A stretch of DNA of 64,000 bases from an uncultured Collinsella sp. (GCA_958453935.1 CAUDZT010000002.1:121-64120), one strand, 5' to 3'. Counted from the first letter of the stretch, positions 20,408-30,108 are shown. Notes: generated from the letters alone by a model not told the origin. Translations and numbers: made by a program.

Positions 20408-21118
20408 TTAGTTGTTGGACTCGACGGTTGCGGCGGTGTCGACCGCGTCCTCGAGCTGCAGATTCAATAGCTTCATGCCGTATTCCGGCACGTTGATATC
20501 GATGGGTTGGCCATACAGGTCGCCGGGGCGCACAAAGGCGATAACCGTCATGATGCGTGCCATGGTCTCGGGCGATTCGGAAAGGTCACGCTCAAACCAG
20601 CGCTGAATCATGCCGACCTCGGCACTCACGACGTAGGTGACGTAGTAGTCAAAGAACGTGCCCAGCGCCAGGCCCAAAATGCCCGTCTGCGCACGCGGCG
20701 CCACGGCCTCACGTGCGGTGTCGATGATCTTTTTAATAAAGGCGGGGTCGCCGCCCGGGCCCAGCAGGGCCCCGATAAGGTCGCGATTGGCCGCAAGATA
20801 GCGAAGCAGCTCAACCGAACCGGGTGCCGGCTCGAGCTCGTCGATATTGCGGTAAAGATCGGGTAATTGAGCTGCGGTGATAAGCTCCACCCGCTCGCGA
20901 ATCTCGGCAAGCAGGCCGTCCTCGATCTGGCTGATGAAGTCGGGGATATCGCGGTAGTGCGAATAGAACGTGCGGCGCGTAAGGCCGGCGCGCTCGGTGA
21001 GCGACGCGACGTTAATGCGCGAAAGGTCGCCGCTTTCGGCAAGCTCGCTAGCAAGTGCCTGGCGAAGAGCACGCTGTGAGCGAAGGGACCGGCGATCACA
21101 TTTCTCGAGCTGGGACAA
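20408..21118 (-). CDS. TetR/AcrR family regulator
   Basis: DRRSLRSQ..INVASLTERAGLTRRTFYSHYRD; TTG start behind AAGGAGG. Confidence 0.9.
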   Translation of the reverse strand: MSQLEKCDRRSLRSQRALRQALASELAESGDLSRINVASLTERAGLTRRTFYSHYRDIPDFISQIEDGLLAEIRERVELITAAQLPDLYRNIDELEPAPGSVELLRYLAANRDLIGALLGPGGDPAFIKKIIDTAREAVAPRAQTGILGLALGTFFDYYVTYVVSAEVGMIQRWFERDLSESPETMARIMTVIAFVRPGDLYGQPIDINVPEYGMKLLNLQLEDAVDTAATVESNN

Positions 21119-21210
21119 GCGTCCTCCTTGTTACTCAGCCTGTGCGCTATTGCACAGTGCGAGTATTATTGCACACCGTGTGTACCAACACGTAAAGGCA
21201 ATATTTAGAT

Positions 21211-21239
21211 TGTGGCAAAGGGACAGTCCCTTTGTCACA
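21211..21239. repeat. Hairpin with GGGACAGTCCC core (related to REP families A/B); likely terminator of HAD gene
   Basis: tgtggcaaagggac-a-gtccctttgtcaca directly abutting the TAA stop at 21240. Confidence 0.6.
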
Positions 21240-22103
21240 TTATTCAATGATGGTGCGGGAGCTCTGCTTATGCATGGTGGCGAGCATGTGTTTGGGGACG
21301 GCGTGGACCATGCAGCTGCCGATAGTTGCGCTCGCAGCAGCCTTAGCTGCATCGCTAGCGTTTTTGGTCGCATAGCTGTGGCGGAAACGCTTGAGCATGG
21401 CGATGTCGTTTCCGCCGTCGCCATAAACCGCGACCTCGTCCTCGGCAATGCCGTAGTAGCCCGCCAGCCAGGCCACACTCTCGCCCTTGTTACACGCCAC
21501 GTCCGTGATCTCGAACATCACCGGGTCAAACGGCGCGTTGACCACGCGGTCCGAGCGCTCGGCCAAATACGCCTTAAGGTCGCGCTCCAGCTCGGGCGAG
21601 GTCACGCGGCAGTTGATCTTGCACACATCGTGGCGCAGGATGTCGCCGATCGACTGGTCAAAATACTGCTCCTCGTGATACCCGCCACGCGCACGCATAC
21701 CACGCATCACGATGCGCTTGATGGGGCTGTCCTTTTTAAAGCCCGCCTGGTGCATCTCGAACGAACCGCTCGAGAACATACCGTCGGGCGTGGAGCAGTC
21801 AAAGCAGATATCCGGAAACTCCTTGAGCAGCTCCTCGGTGATCTGTGGGTCGATGGTCCAGGTCTTGAGCACCTCGCCATGACTGTCGCGCACGATGGAG
21901 CCGTTAGAGCAGCAGGCGTCAAGCGCCAGGCCCGTAAAGCCATGCTCGCCGATCGGCAACGTCGAGCGCCCGGTCGCGGGAACCACATGCAGTCCAGCCT
22001 CGGTCAGCTCGCGAATAGCGTGGCGGATGGTCCCGTCTGCCTCGTGCAGGGCGTTAAGCAGCGTTCCGTCTAAGTCACTCGCGAACATCTTGATCATGGG
22101 CAT
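21240..22103 (-). CDS. Cof-type HAD-IIB hydrolase
   Basis: SDLDGTLL, ATGR, SNG, NKG, YGDGGND. Confidence 0.93.
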   Translation of the reverse strand: MPMIKMFASDLDGTLLNALHEADGTIRHAIRELTEAGLHVVPATGRSTLPIGEHGFTGLALDACCSNGSIVRDSHGEVLKTWTIDPQITEELLKEFPDICFDCSTPDGMFSSGSFEMHQAGFKKDSPIKRIVMRGMRARGGYHEEQYFDQSIGDILRHDVCKINCRVTSPELERDLKAYLAERSDRVVNAPFDPVMFEITDVACNKGESVAWLAGYYGIAEDEVAVYGDGGNDIAMLKRFRHSYATKNASDAAKAAASATIGSCMVHAVPKHMLATMHKQSSRTIIE

Positions 22104-22212
22104 GCCTCTCTTTCGTCTGCACGATATTTTAGACGAGAATGAGCGCGCCCATGCAAGGGCGCTCCAACGCGCCGGGACGTTCGCTCCCGCAAAGCCACAG
22201 TGCCCCAGCGCG

Positions 22213-23475
22213 TTAAATCAATCGCCACAAGCGACTTTTCAGCCGATAAAACAGCGCCGTCGTCAACGTCAGCACCGCCAACATGGCTGCGAATACAATC
22301 GCCGGTGTCCATCGATCATATGCAACCCCGTACGTCAATTGGCCGATAGGTGTTGCGCAGGAAAGGACCATGTAAACGACCGAAAGCACTTTTCCGCAGA
22401 GCTCAGTCGGCGCTGCCCGCTGAACAAACGCGATGATTTCAACCGACGCAATGGCCGCCCACACCATGACCCATGCCGAACCAACCGTAAACACGGTGAA
22501 CACGCATACATCCGCGCCGAACAGTAGCGTAACAATAATCGGTACGACTCCTAAACAGATCATCGCAACATATCGACATATGCCATTGAGAGAAAAGCGA
22601 TGCGGCCAAATGCCGACCAAGCCACTGCCGGCAAGACCACCCAAGCCCAGAGCAACCTCAACCATCCCAACGCAGGACGATTGCATGCCAAGATGCTTTG
22701 TAACAATAATGGGAGCGCCAATCGTTAGCCCAACCAACGCAAGGTTTAAAACGGCCGCAAGCAAAATCACGGCGACCAATGATGCATTTTGCAACAGATA
22801 CCGAATCGACTCCCGAAAATCGTTTCGGCATGTCGTACGAGTCGCGCAGTCTCCCATCGTTTCAGATGAGGCATTTTGCTTGAGCGCGCCCCCAAACAGC
22901 AGGGCTGAAATCGCAAACGTCACCGACGCGATCGCGCAAAGGGTGTCGATACCAAAACACCCATAGACTGCCGTCCCGACCACAGGGCCCAAGATATTGC
23001 TCGCCATGGTCATCTGCGAAACCAATGCGGTGGCCCGCTCAACCTTCTCTTCACCCGCCATGCGCACCGTCTCAATTTGGAGCATTGGCTTTATCAGCGA
23101 TTGAACGCCATATTGAACACAAAGTATCGCTACTACGACGACCGCAAGAGGCAATGAGTGCTTCATGGGGATAGACAGCAGTGATGCGGTCATCAGAGCA
23201 ATGCCGAGGGCCACGAGGACCTCGCGATGTCTTCCCCGATCCGCTAAGATCCCGCCAACCGGAGTCGCGAGCACACCTGGTATGAACGCTATCGCCGCGA
23301 CGGCGCCATATAACGTTGACGAGCCGCTGCAATCGAACAAGTAAAGCGGATACGCAAAGTACAGCGCCGACAGCATCGAATACGTGCACAGCTGCGCAAC
23401 AAGAAGGCCAAAAAGCCTGATAGATCGCACTGTTTTTTGCGTCAACGAGACGCCACTCCTCCGCATTCCAGCCAT
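22213..23475 (-). CDS. MFS transporter (efflux type)
   Basis: GGILADRG motif A, ~12 TM segments; start at 23475 behind AGGAGG. Confidence 0.88.
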   Translation of the reverse strand: MAGMRRSGVSLTQKTVRSIRLFGLLVAQLCTYSMLSALYFAYPLYLFDCSGSSTLYGAVAAIAFIPGVLATPVGGILADRGRHREVLVALGIALMTASLLSIPMKHSLPLAVVVVAILCVQYGVQSLIKPMLQIETVRMAGEEKVERATALVSQMTMASNILGPVVGTAVYGCFGIDTLCAIASVTFAISALLFGGALKQNASSETMGDCATRTTCRNDFRESIRYLLQNASLVAVILLAAVLNLALVGLTIGAPIIVTKHLGMQSSCVGMVEVALGLGGLAGSGLVGIWPHRFSLNGICRYVAMICLGVVPIIVTLLFGADVCVFTVFTVGSAWVMVWAAIASVEIIAFVQRAAPTELCGKVLSVVYMVLSCATPIGQLTYGVAYDRWTPAIVFAAMLAVLTLTTALFYRLKSRLWRLI

Positions 23476-23488
23476 AAGCCTACCTCCT

Positions 23489-23573
23489 ATACATACCACT
23501 AGTATGTATTTATCGACTTGAAAAGGGCAGCCGGAGCTGCCCTCACAAATCAATTACATACCGTTGGTATCTA
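23489..23573. promoter_or_regulatory. Two palindromic operators upstream of MFS gene (likely TetR sites)
   Basis: atacatac-cacta-gtatgtat (23489-23509) and tacatac-cgttg-gtatcta (23555-23573). Confidence 0.65.
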
Positions 23574-23575
23574 TA

Positions 23576-24238
23576 TTACCACCCGGCGCAGTCCCATACG
23601 TCCCAAATCTGCGCCGTTGTCTGGAGCACTTCCTCGCCCAAATCGAGTCCCACCGCAGAGGCCATCTGCGCCAAACATTGAGCGCGAGCGAGCATTCGAT
23701 CCTTGGGTTCAAGCGGACGAAACAGTGGCAGCAACCAGAGATTCGCCAGCAACGATACGGCCTCCGCCGCTTCACGCGGACATTCGCACGCAATGGATCC
23801 GTCGGCGATGCCCTCCTCGATCACCGGCAAGAGATAGCCATCGGCAGACTCGTCAAACGAGCCCTGGTACTGCATCGCCAGTAGACGCGAGCTTTTTACC
23901 GGATCTGCTGCAGGACGCATGCGTGCCCATAGCTCAATTTGCGGAACAACGGACTCGGGAGCGTAAAGCCTTTTTAGCTTTTGGGCGCCGGTCATATTAC
24001 CGACGCCAAGCATCGAGCGGCGGCGCTCAACAATCGGAGTCATCGCCCGATCAAACGCGGCGTTGAAAATCTCTTCTTTGCTCTTGAAGTGATGATAGAC
24101 AGCGCCCTTGGTCATGCCATCGAGACGGTCAACAATATCTTGAACGCTCGTCCCCTCATAACCCTGTGCGCAGAATAGCTCCAGTGCCGCGTCGAGAATC
24201 TTCGCGACCGTCTCCTCGGGATATTTATTGCGACCCAT
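23576..24238 (-). CDS. TetR/AcrR family regulator
   Basis: MGRNKYPEET..ILDAA..F..GYEGTS..DI....GMTKGAVYHHFKSKEEI. Confidence 0.92.
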   Translation of the reverse strand: MGRNKYPEETVAKILDAALELFCAQGYEGTSVQDIVDRLDGMTKGAVYHHFKSKEEIFNAAFDRAMTPIVERRRSMLGVGNMTGAQKLKRLYAPESVVPQIELWARMRPAADPVKSSRLLAMQYQGSFDESADGYLLPVIEEGIADGSIACECPREAAEAVSLLANLWLLPLFRPLEPKDRMLARAQCLAQMASAVGLDLGEEVLQTTAQIWDVWDCAGW

Positions 24239-24312
24239 AATCCGCCCATCCGCAACGCAAGTCTTGTGCCTCATTGCAGCATTTTAACGTTGCGGATGGC
24301 AGACGGTCGATT

Positions 24313-24651
24313 CTACACCGCGGCCGGGCCGTGTTCGCCGGTACGGATGCGGATAACTTCCTCGACCGGCTCGACCCAAATCTTGCCGTCGCCGACGGCG
24401 CCGGTGCGGGCGGCGTTGCAGATGATGTCGACAATTCCGTCGACATGTTCATCGGCGCAGATGAGGGTGAACTGCACCTTAGGGATCGTGTTGACAAGCA
24501 ACTCGTTGCCGCGCACGTATTCCTTCCAGCCATGCTGCGCGCCGCAGCCCTGCACCTGGTTGATGGTCATGCCGCGAACATCGGCAGCAAACAGCGCGTC
24601 TTTGAGAACCTCAAGTTTTTCCTGACGGACGATCGCCGTGATCTTCTTCAT
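24313..24651 (-). CDS. glnK: P-II nitrogen regulatory protein
   Basis: MKKITAIVR, GMT..V.G.G.Q.G, TGAVGDGKIWV, IRIRTGE; directly downstream of amt. Confidence 0.95.
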   Translation of the reverse strand: MKKITAIVRQEKLEVLKDALFAADVRGMTINQVQGCGAQHGWKEYVRGNELLVNTIPKVQFTLICADEHVDGIVDIICNAARTGAVGDGKIWVEPVEEVIRIRTGEHGPAAV

Positions 24652-24699
24652 AGTGAATTCCTCTCTTTAAGAGTTGGTCTGACAGAACGTTTGAAACTG

Positions 24700-25977
24700 T
24701 TAGTCCAGACCACTAAACGAAGGATAGGCGCTCTCACCGTGCTGGCTCGCATCCAAGCCCAGTGCCTCGTCGGCCTCGTCCACGCGCAGGCTACCGTGGA
24801 ACAGCGCCTTGACCACCGCGGCGATCAACAAATCGAGCACCAGCACAATAGCGACCGTCACCACAATGCCTAAAATCTGCGAGATGAGCAGCGACACGTC
24901 GCCCGTGTAGAACAGGCCACCCTTACCGGTCCACGAAAGCTCCGGCACACAGAACAGGCCCGTGAGCACGCCGCCCAAGATGCCGCCAATGCCGTGGCAG
25001 CCAAACGCGTCGAGCGCGTCGTCGTAGCCAAACTTGGTCTTAAGATGGCTGATGGCCAGGTAGCAGACGGGCGATACGATCAGGCCCATGACCAGCGCTG
25101 CCCACGGTTCGACAAAGCCCGCGCCCGGCGTGACCACCACAAGGCCCGCAACCAAACCGGTGCTGGCACCCACCAGCGTGGGACGACCGGTGTGCACGCG
25201 CTCAACGGCGAGCCACGAGACCATGCCCGCCGCGCTGGCCGTCACGGTGTTGAGGATGGCAAGCGCCGCCACGGCGTCGGCCTTAAACTCGCTGCCGCCG
25301 TTAAAGCCAAACCAGCCAAACCAAAGCAGCCCGGCGCCCAGCGCCACAAACGGCACGTTATGCGGACGATAGCTCACCATGCCAAAGCCGCGACGACGGC
25401 CGAGCATTAAGCAGAGAATCAGGCCCGTAAGACCGGACGAAATGTGCACCACGTCGCCACCGGCAAAGTCGAGCGCGCCGATAATGTCGCCGATAAAGGA
25501 GCCATCGCCGCCCCAAACCATGTGGGCGAGCGGCGCATAGACCACAAGCAGCCAAATGCCCAGGAAGGCCGTCATGGCACCAAACTTAACGCGGCCGGCC
25601 AGGCTGCCCGTGACGATAGCGGCCGTGATCATGGCAAACGCCATCTGGAAGGCGATGTTGATGGTCTGAGGGTAGACGGCACCGTCCGTAGCACTGCCCT
25701 CGGCCGCCTGCAGCACCTGGTTGAGCACCGGTAGGCACAGCAGCTGGTCAAAGCCGCCAATAAACGGGCTGGAACCGTCGCCACCGTAGGCCAGCGACCA
25801 GCCGGCGACAATCCACAGCACACCGACCAGGCCAATGGCGCCGAAGCACATAAGCATGGTGTTGATGACATTTTTGCGTCTAGACAGACCGCCATAGAAA
25901 AACGCCAGACCCGGTGTCATTAAAAACACGAGCATGGTGCAGATGAGCATAAACGTTGTCGATCCCGTATCGTACAT
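24700..25977 (-). CDS. amtB: Ammonium transporter
   Basis: MTPGLAFFYGG, DFAGG.VVH, WFGWFGFNGGS, DDALDAFGCHG; start ATG 25977. Confidence 0.96.
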   Translation of the reverse strand: MYDTGSTTFMLICTMLVFLMTPGLAFFYGGLSRRKNVINTMLMCFGAIGLVGVLWIVAGWSLAYGGDGSSPFIGGFDQLLCLPVLNQVLQAAEGSATDGAVYPQTINIAFQMAFAMITAAIVTGSLAGRVKFGAMTAFLGIWLLVVYAPLAHMVWGGDGSFIGDIIGALDFAGGDVVHISSGLTGLILCLMLGRRRGFGMVSYRPHNVPFVALGAGLLWFGWFGFNGGSEFKADAVAALAILNTVTASAAGMVSWLAVERVHTGRPTLVGASTGLVAGLVVVTPGAGFVEPWAALVMGLIVSPVCYLAISHLKTKFGYDDALDAFGCHGIGGILGGVLTGLFCVPELSWTGKGGLFYTGDVSLLISQILGIVVTVAIVLVLDLLIAAVVKALFHGSLRVDEADEALGLDASQHGESAYPSFSGLD

Positions 25978-26081
25978 TCGCTCCCCCTTGGTCGCATGAA
26001 CGTTGTCGGCGCCCATCATGCGGCCGAGGGGCAACTGGTGTAGACCAGATACGGCGTTGTTAAACGCTGCGTTGTCGAATG

Positions 26082-26140
26082 GAAACGGTGCCGCAATCTT
26101 GGAAACGGCACGGCAACGGGCGCGAAACGAACGGGAAACG
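26082..26140. promoter_or_regulatory. GAAAC/GCAAC direct repeats at 11-bp spacing upstream of amtB (GlnR-box-like)
   Basis: GAAAC 26102, GCAAC 26113, GAAAC 26124, GAAAC 26135; also GAAAC 26082/GCAAT 26093. Confidence 0.55.
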
Positions 26141-26175
26141 TGCGAACGAGAAGGGCGCGCTTGGCTCCGCTCTGG

Positions 26176-27195
26176 CTAGCGCCGGAACAGCTCGCGGGCT
26201 CGGTCGCGGAGGTCGGTAGCTCGGATGACGCCCTCGTAGCGATTGATGCGCAGACGCGGGAAGGCGTTAAAGAAGCGCAGGTCACGACGGCTGAGCGACA
26301 CACTCGGCACCGGACGGCTCATGCGCTTGCCGGCAAGGCGACGACTGAGCGACGGACGCGGCATGCTCGGCGCGACATCGGCAACGCGGCGGGCAGCGAG
26401 CGCCAGGCCGCGAGCACCATCCGAGATAAACGTCGGCATCGAAGCCTTCTCGCGCAGGGCATCGAGCGCCGCGTCGCCCAGCTCGGCCAGCCAAGCGTTA
26501 ACGGCGCGACCGCGGATATGCGTCTGCGCCACCGAGTCAATCGCCGAATCGGGAATACGTTCGAGCATAGAGTCGGAGGCGTCGGCAAGCGACTCATTGA
26601 TGCGGTCGGCAAGGTCGGCCCGGACGCGCTCCAGCTGATCGGACAGGCGGCGCCAGCTGGCCAACGAGCACACCGCATCGACCATCATCGCGACCGCGAC
26701 GATAAAGGCGGACAGCCGCACAATCAGCACCGGCAGATGGCCAAGCAGCCCCAGCAATGCCGGCTCCACTAAACGGCAAATACACAACGCACCCAAGCCA
26801 AACGCGCAGGCCCAGTACAGGCAGATGCGTCCGTGCAGGTTAAACGGCAGATGCGAGTAATCCCAAAACCGGGCACCCGTCGTTTTTTCCAACAGCACGC
26901 CCACGCTATATTCGATCACGCTGCATACGAGCGCGGCAGCGACAAACTGGCTCGAGGCGTCTGGGATTCCACGCAGCAGCAACCAGCACGCGATGCCGCC
27001 CGCACCGTAGATGGGACAACACGGCCCTAGCAAAAAGCCGCTGTTGGCAAAGCGTCCGTGGTTGAGCATGGCGCAGACTGTCGACTCCCATACCCAGCCG
27101 CAAAAACCGTAGAAGGCAAACGAGAGTACCAGCGCCGAGAGCGGACAAGCGGCAAGCGTCGCGCCGTCAAATGCCATGCCGATCGCGGTTCCCAC
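26176..27195 (-). CDS. Putative ABC transporter permease (DUF1113/CmpB-like)
   Basis: GWVWE, GFL.GP.CPIYG.G, EY, WDYS..FNL.GRICL. Confidence 0.85.
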   Translation of the reverse strand: MGTAIGMAFDGATLAACPLSALVLSFAFYGFCGWVWESTVCAMLNHGRFANSGFLLGPCCPIYGAGGIACWLLLRGIPDASSQFVAAALVCSVIEYSVGVLLEKTTGARFWDYSHLPFNLHGRICLYWACAFGLGALCICRLVEPALLGLLGHLPVLIVRLSAFIVAVAMMVDAVCSLASWRRLSDQLERVRADLADRINESLADASDSMLERIPDSAIDSVAQTHIRGRAVNAWLAELGDAALDALREKASMPTFISDGARGLALAARRVADVAPSMPRPSLSRRLAGKRMSRPVPSVSLSRRDLRFFNAFPRLRINRYEGVIRATDLRDRARELFRR

Positions 27196-27198
27196 CGT

Positions 27199-27756
27199 CT
27201 ACCCACTCCTCTTTTCGTTCGATTCTTTGCTCGAGCCGTCGCTCGAGCCCTCGTTCAAATCGTTCGCGCCGCCTTTGCGCGGCAGACGGCCGGCAATCGT
27301 CTCGCGCAGCGCGCACCATTTATCTGCCAGGCACACAATCCATGCCTCACGACACGTCGGCGGCACCGGCACCAGCGGAAACATATGGCGCGCGATGATA
27401 TTCCGCTCGCGCGACGTCAGCTCAAAATCTTCCTCCGCACGCGCCAGGGCAAAAAACGGGTGACGAAAGCCATGCAGCCGATGGCTTGGGTCGGGATCGT
27501 GCCAGTCATAGAGAAAGTAATCGTGTAACAGGGCCCCGCGCAGCAGCGAGGCACGGTCGACCGAAATGCCAACACGGCCCAGGTGCTCGGCAAAAGACAG
27601 GCTCGCCCGCGCCACCGAGGTCACATGCGCATAGACCGTCACGTCGCCATGCTGGATAAACTCACACGTCAGGTCCAAGCGGCCCGCCTGGGCCAGCTGA
27701 CGGGCGGCATTGTCGACCTCGCGCGCGATACTCTCGGCACGAACGGTATCGGACAT
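27199..27756 (-). CDS. HD domain phosphohydrolase
   Basis: QHG...Y.H, GALLHDYFLYDWH, HG..HP, HMFP, ADK; start ATG 27756 behind GGAGG. Confidence 0.88.
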   Translation of the reverse strand: MSDTVRAESIAREVDNAARQLAQAGRLDLTCEFIQHGDVTVYAHVTSVARASLSFAEHLGRVGISVDRASLLRGALLHDYFLYDWHDPDPSHRLHGFRHPFFALARAEEDFELTSRERNIIARHMFPLVPVPPTCREAWIVCLADKWCALRETIAGRLPRKGGANDLNEGSSDGSSKESNEKRSG

Positions 27757-27984
27757 GCGGCCTCCTTCCAGCGGCTCTCGGCGGCAAGTCGCAGCCTGCA
27801 CGCAATGAATAAAATCATCATCGAATTTACTAGTATGGCATCGGACAAAACGTTTTGCCCCGCCAGTTGGCGAATTACCGCGCCGCCGTCACATATCAAA
27901 CGCCAAAATGTGCGAGACTGTCTTGTGCAATTGTGCCGGCCGAGGGAGTGCCGGCGCACGATTCGCATGGAGTAACCCACAACG

Positions 27985-29766
27985 ATGCTGCTTACGCAAA
28001 CGACAACGCCCGAGGACGTCAAGGCTCTCGACCGCGCCGAGCTTCCGCTGCTCTGCGGCGAGATCCGCCACGCCATCCTCGAAAGCTCCGCCGCCGTCGG
28101 CGGGCACGTTGCCCCCAACCTGGGCGTCGTTGAGCTTACGGTCGCGCTCCATCGCGTGTTTAACTCCCCCACCGACAAAATTGTCTTTGACGTGTCACAC
28201 CAGACCTATGCCCACAAGGCGCTGACTGGGCGCGCGTACACTTATATCGACCCGGCACGCTACGGCGAGGCCTCTGGCTTTGCCAATCCCGACGAGTCCG
28301 AACACGACCTGTTCGCCATGGGCCACACCTCCACATCGGTGAGCCTGGGCTGCGGCTTGGCACACGCCCGCGATTTGGCGGGCGACAGCTACAACGTCAT
28401 TACCATCATTGGCGACGGTTCGCTTTCGGGCGGTCTGGCGTTTGAAGGCTTTAACAATGCCGCCGAGCTCGACAGCAACTTGATCATCGTCGTCAATGAC
28501 AACGACCAGTCCATCGCCGAAAACCACGGTGGCCTGTATCGCAATCTGGCCGAGCTGCGCGCCAGCAACGGCACCTGCGAGCGCAACGTTTTCCGCGCGA
28601 TGGGACTCGACTACCGCTATCTGGACGCCGGCAACGATGCGTTGGCCCTGGTCGACACGCTGCAGGAGCTGCGCGATATCGATCATCCCATCGTGCTGCA
28701 CGTCTCCACCGCAAAGGGCAAGGGCTTTGAGCCAGCCCAGAGCGACCCCGAGCGCTGGCATCATGTGGGTCCGTTTGACATGGCGACTGGGCGCAAGCTC
28801 TGCCCGGGCCATCCGAGCGAGCCTGCGCCGCGCACCTATGCCGATATTACGGGCGAGGCCCTGAGCGCTGCCATCGAGCGCGATCCGCAGGTTGTGGGCA
28901 TCACGGCTGCCACGCCCTACATCATGGGCTTTACACCCGAGCTTCGCGCCGCGGCAGGCAAGCAGTTTGTCGACGTGGGCATTGCCGAGGAACACGCCGT
29001 GACCTTTGCCACCGCGCTCGCCCGCTCGGGTGCCAAGCCAGTCTTTGGTGTGTACGGCACGTTTTTGCAGCGCGCCTACGACGAACTGTGGCACGACCTG
29101 TGCCTCAACGACGCCCCCGCAACCATCCTGGTATTTGGCGCGTCGATCTTTGGCACCACATCCGAGACGCACCTCTCGTTCTTTGATATTTCCATGCTGG
29201 GCGGTCTTCCCAACATGCACTACTTGGCGCCGGCCTGCATGGAGGAATATCTGTCCATGCTGAGCTGGTCGCTCGATCACCGCGAGCATCCCGTGGCGAT
29301 TCGCGTGCCGGGCATTGGCTTGGTAAGCCGCCCCGACTTGGCGCCTGCCGAGGACGCCGATTACGGCGCCGTTCATTACAACGTGGTGCGCCAGGGTCGC
29401 GACGTGGCCGTGCTCGCGCTTGGCGATTTCTTTGAGTTGGGCGAGCGCGTGGCAAACCGCTTGGCTGCCGAGTACGGCATCGAGGCCACGCTCGTCAACC
29501 CGCGCTATGCAACTGAGCTCGACCGTGAGTTCCTCGACAGCCTTGCCGCCGAGCATCGCGTTGTCGTCACTCTCGAGGACGGCATCTTGGACGGTGGCTG
29601 GGGCGAGCGTGTCGCGTGCTACTTGGCCTGCACGCCCGTGCGCACGCGCACCTTCGGCATCGCCAAGGGCTTCCCCGACCGCTACGACCCCAAAGAGTTG
29701 CTCGCTCAGAACGGCATGACGGTCGAGAACATGGCCGCCGAAGCCGTAAGGCTACTCAACGAGTAA
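27985..29766 (+). CDS. dxs: 1-deoxy-D-xylulose-5-phosphate synthase
   Basis: GGH..PNLGVVELT.ALH, DVSHQ.Y.HK, GHTSTS, GDG..GG.A.E..N, DVGIAEEHAV, FLQRAYD. Confidence 0.95.
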   Translation: MLLTQTTTPEDVKALDRAELPLLCGEIRHAILESSAAVGGHVAPNLGVVELTVALHRVFNSPTDKIVFDVSHQTYAHKALTGRAYTYIDPARYGEASGFANPDESEHDLFAMGHTSTSVSLGCGLAHARDLAGDSYNVITIIGDGSLSGGLAFEGFNNAAELDSNLIIVVNDNDQSIAENHGGLYRNLAELRASNGTCERNVFRAMGLDYRYLDAGNDALALVDTLQELRDIDHPIVLHVSTAKGKGFEPAQSDPERWHHVGPFDMATGRKLCPGHPSEPAPRTYADITGEALSAAIERDPQVVGITAATPYIMGFTPELRAAAGKQFVDVGIAEEHAVTFATALARSGAKPVFGVYGTFLQRAYDELWHDLCLNDAPATILVFGASIFGTTSETHLSFFDISMLGGLPNMHYLAPACMEEYLSMLSWSLDHREHPVAIRVPGIGLVSRPDLAPAEDADYGAVHYNVVRQGRDVAVLALGDFFELGERVANRLAAEYGIEATLVNPRYATELDREFLDSLAAEHRVVVTLEDGILDGGWGERVACYLACTPVRTRTFGIAKGFPDRYDPKELLAQNGMTVENMAAEAVRLLNE

Positions 29767-29767
29767 G

Positions 29768-29809
29768 AAAACCTCCGCAAGGAAAGCACCCCTGCGGAGG
29801 TTTTTATTT
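29768..29809 (+). terminator. Intrinsic terminator after dxs
   Basis: aaaacctccgca..tgcggaggttttt hairpin with T-run. Confidence 0.8.
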
Positions 29810-29823
29810 TCGCGGCGCGATTA

Positions 29824-30039
29824 TCTCAATCTGTAACATCTAGGGCCCGAATTCCCGTCTAACTGTTACAGATCTAGACAAACCGTCTTTGCCCCTGACC
29901 TTTGTCTCAATCTGTAACAGATAGAGACCTTTTGGCCGTCTAACTGTTACAGATCGAGACATTCGAATTCCCCTGAAGAGAAAATCTCAATCTGTAACAG
30001 TTACTCGGCAAAAATGGCTGCAGATGTTACAGATCGAGA
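29824..30039. repeat. Array of six alternately oriented 15-bp motifs at 40-41-bp period
   Basis: TCTCAATCTGTAACA at 29824, 29905, 29985; TGTTACAGATC(G/T)AGA at 29864, 29945, 30025. Confidence 0.9.
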
Positions 30040-30072
30040 CATAACAGCAAGGCATGCCACCACATCTGCAAG

Positions 30073-30108
30073 AACCGCCACAAAGGTGCCTGTCCCTTTT
30101 TGGTAGGT
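30073..30108 (+). repeat. Chimeric REP-like element (family B left arm + family A right arm)
   Basis: aaccgccacaaaggtgcctgtccc-tttttggtaggt. Confidence 0.7.

Noticed and set aside
29824..30039. CRISPR array
   Set aside because: Repeats alternate in orientation, are only ~15-18 bp, spacers share sequence (ccgtctaac), and no cas genes are in the window
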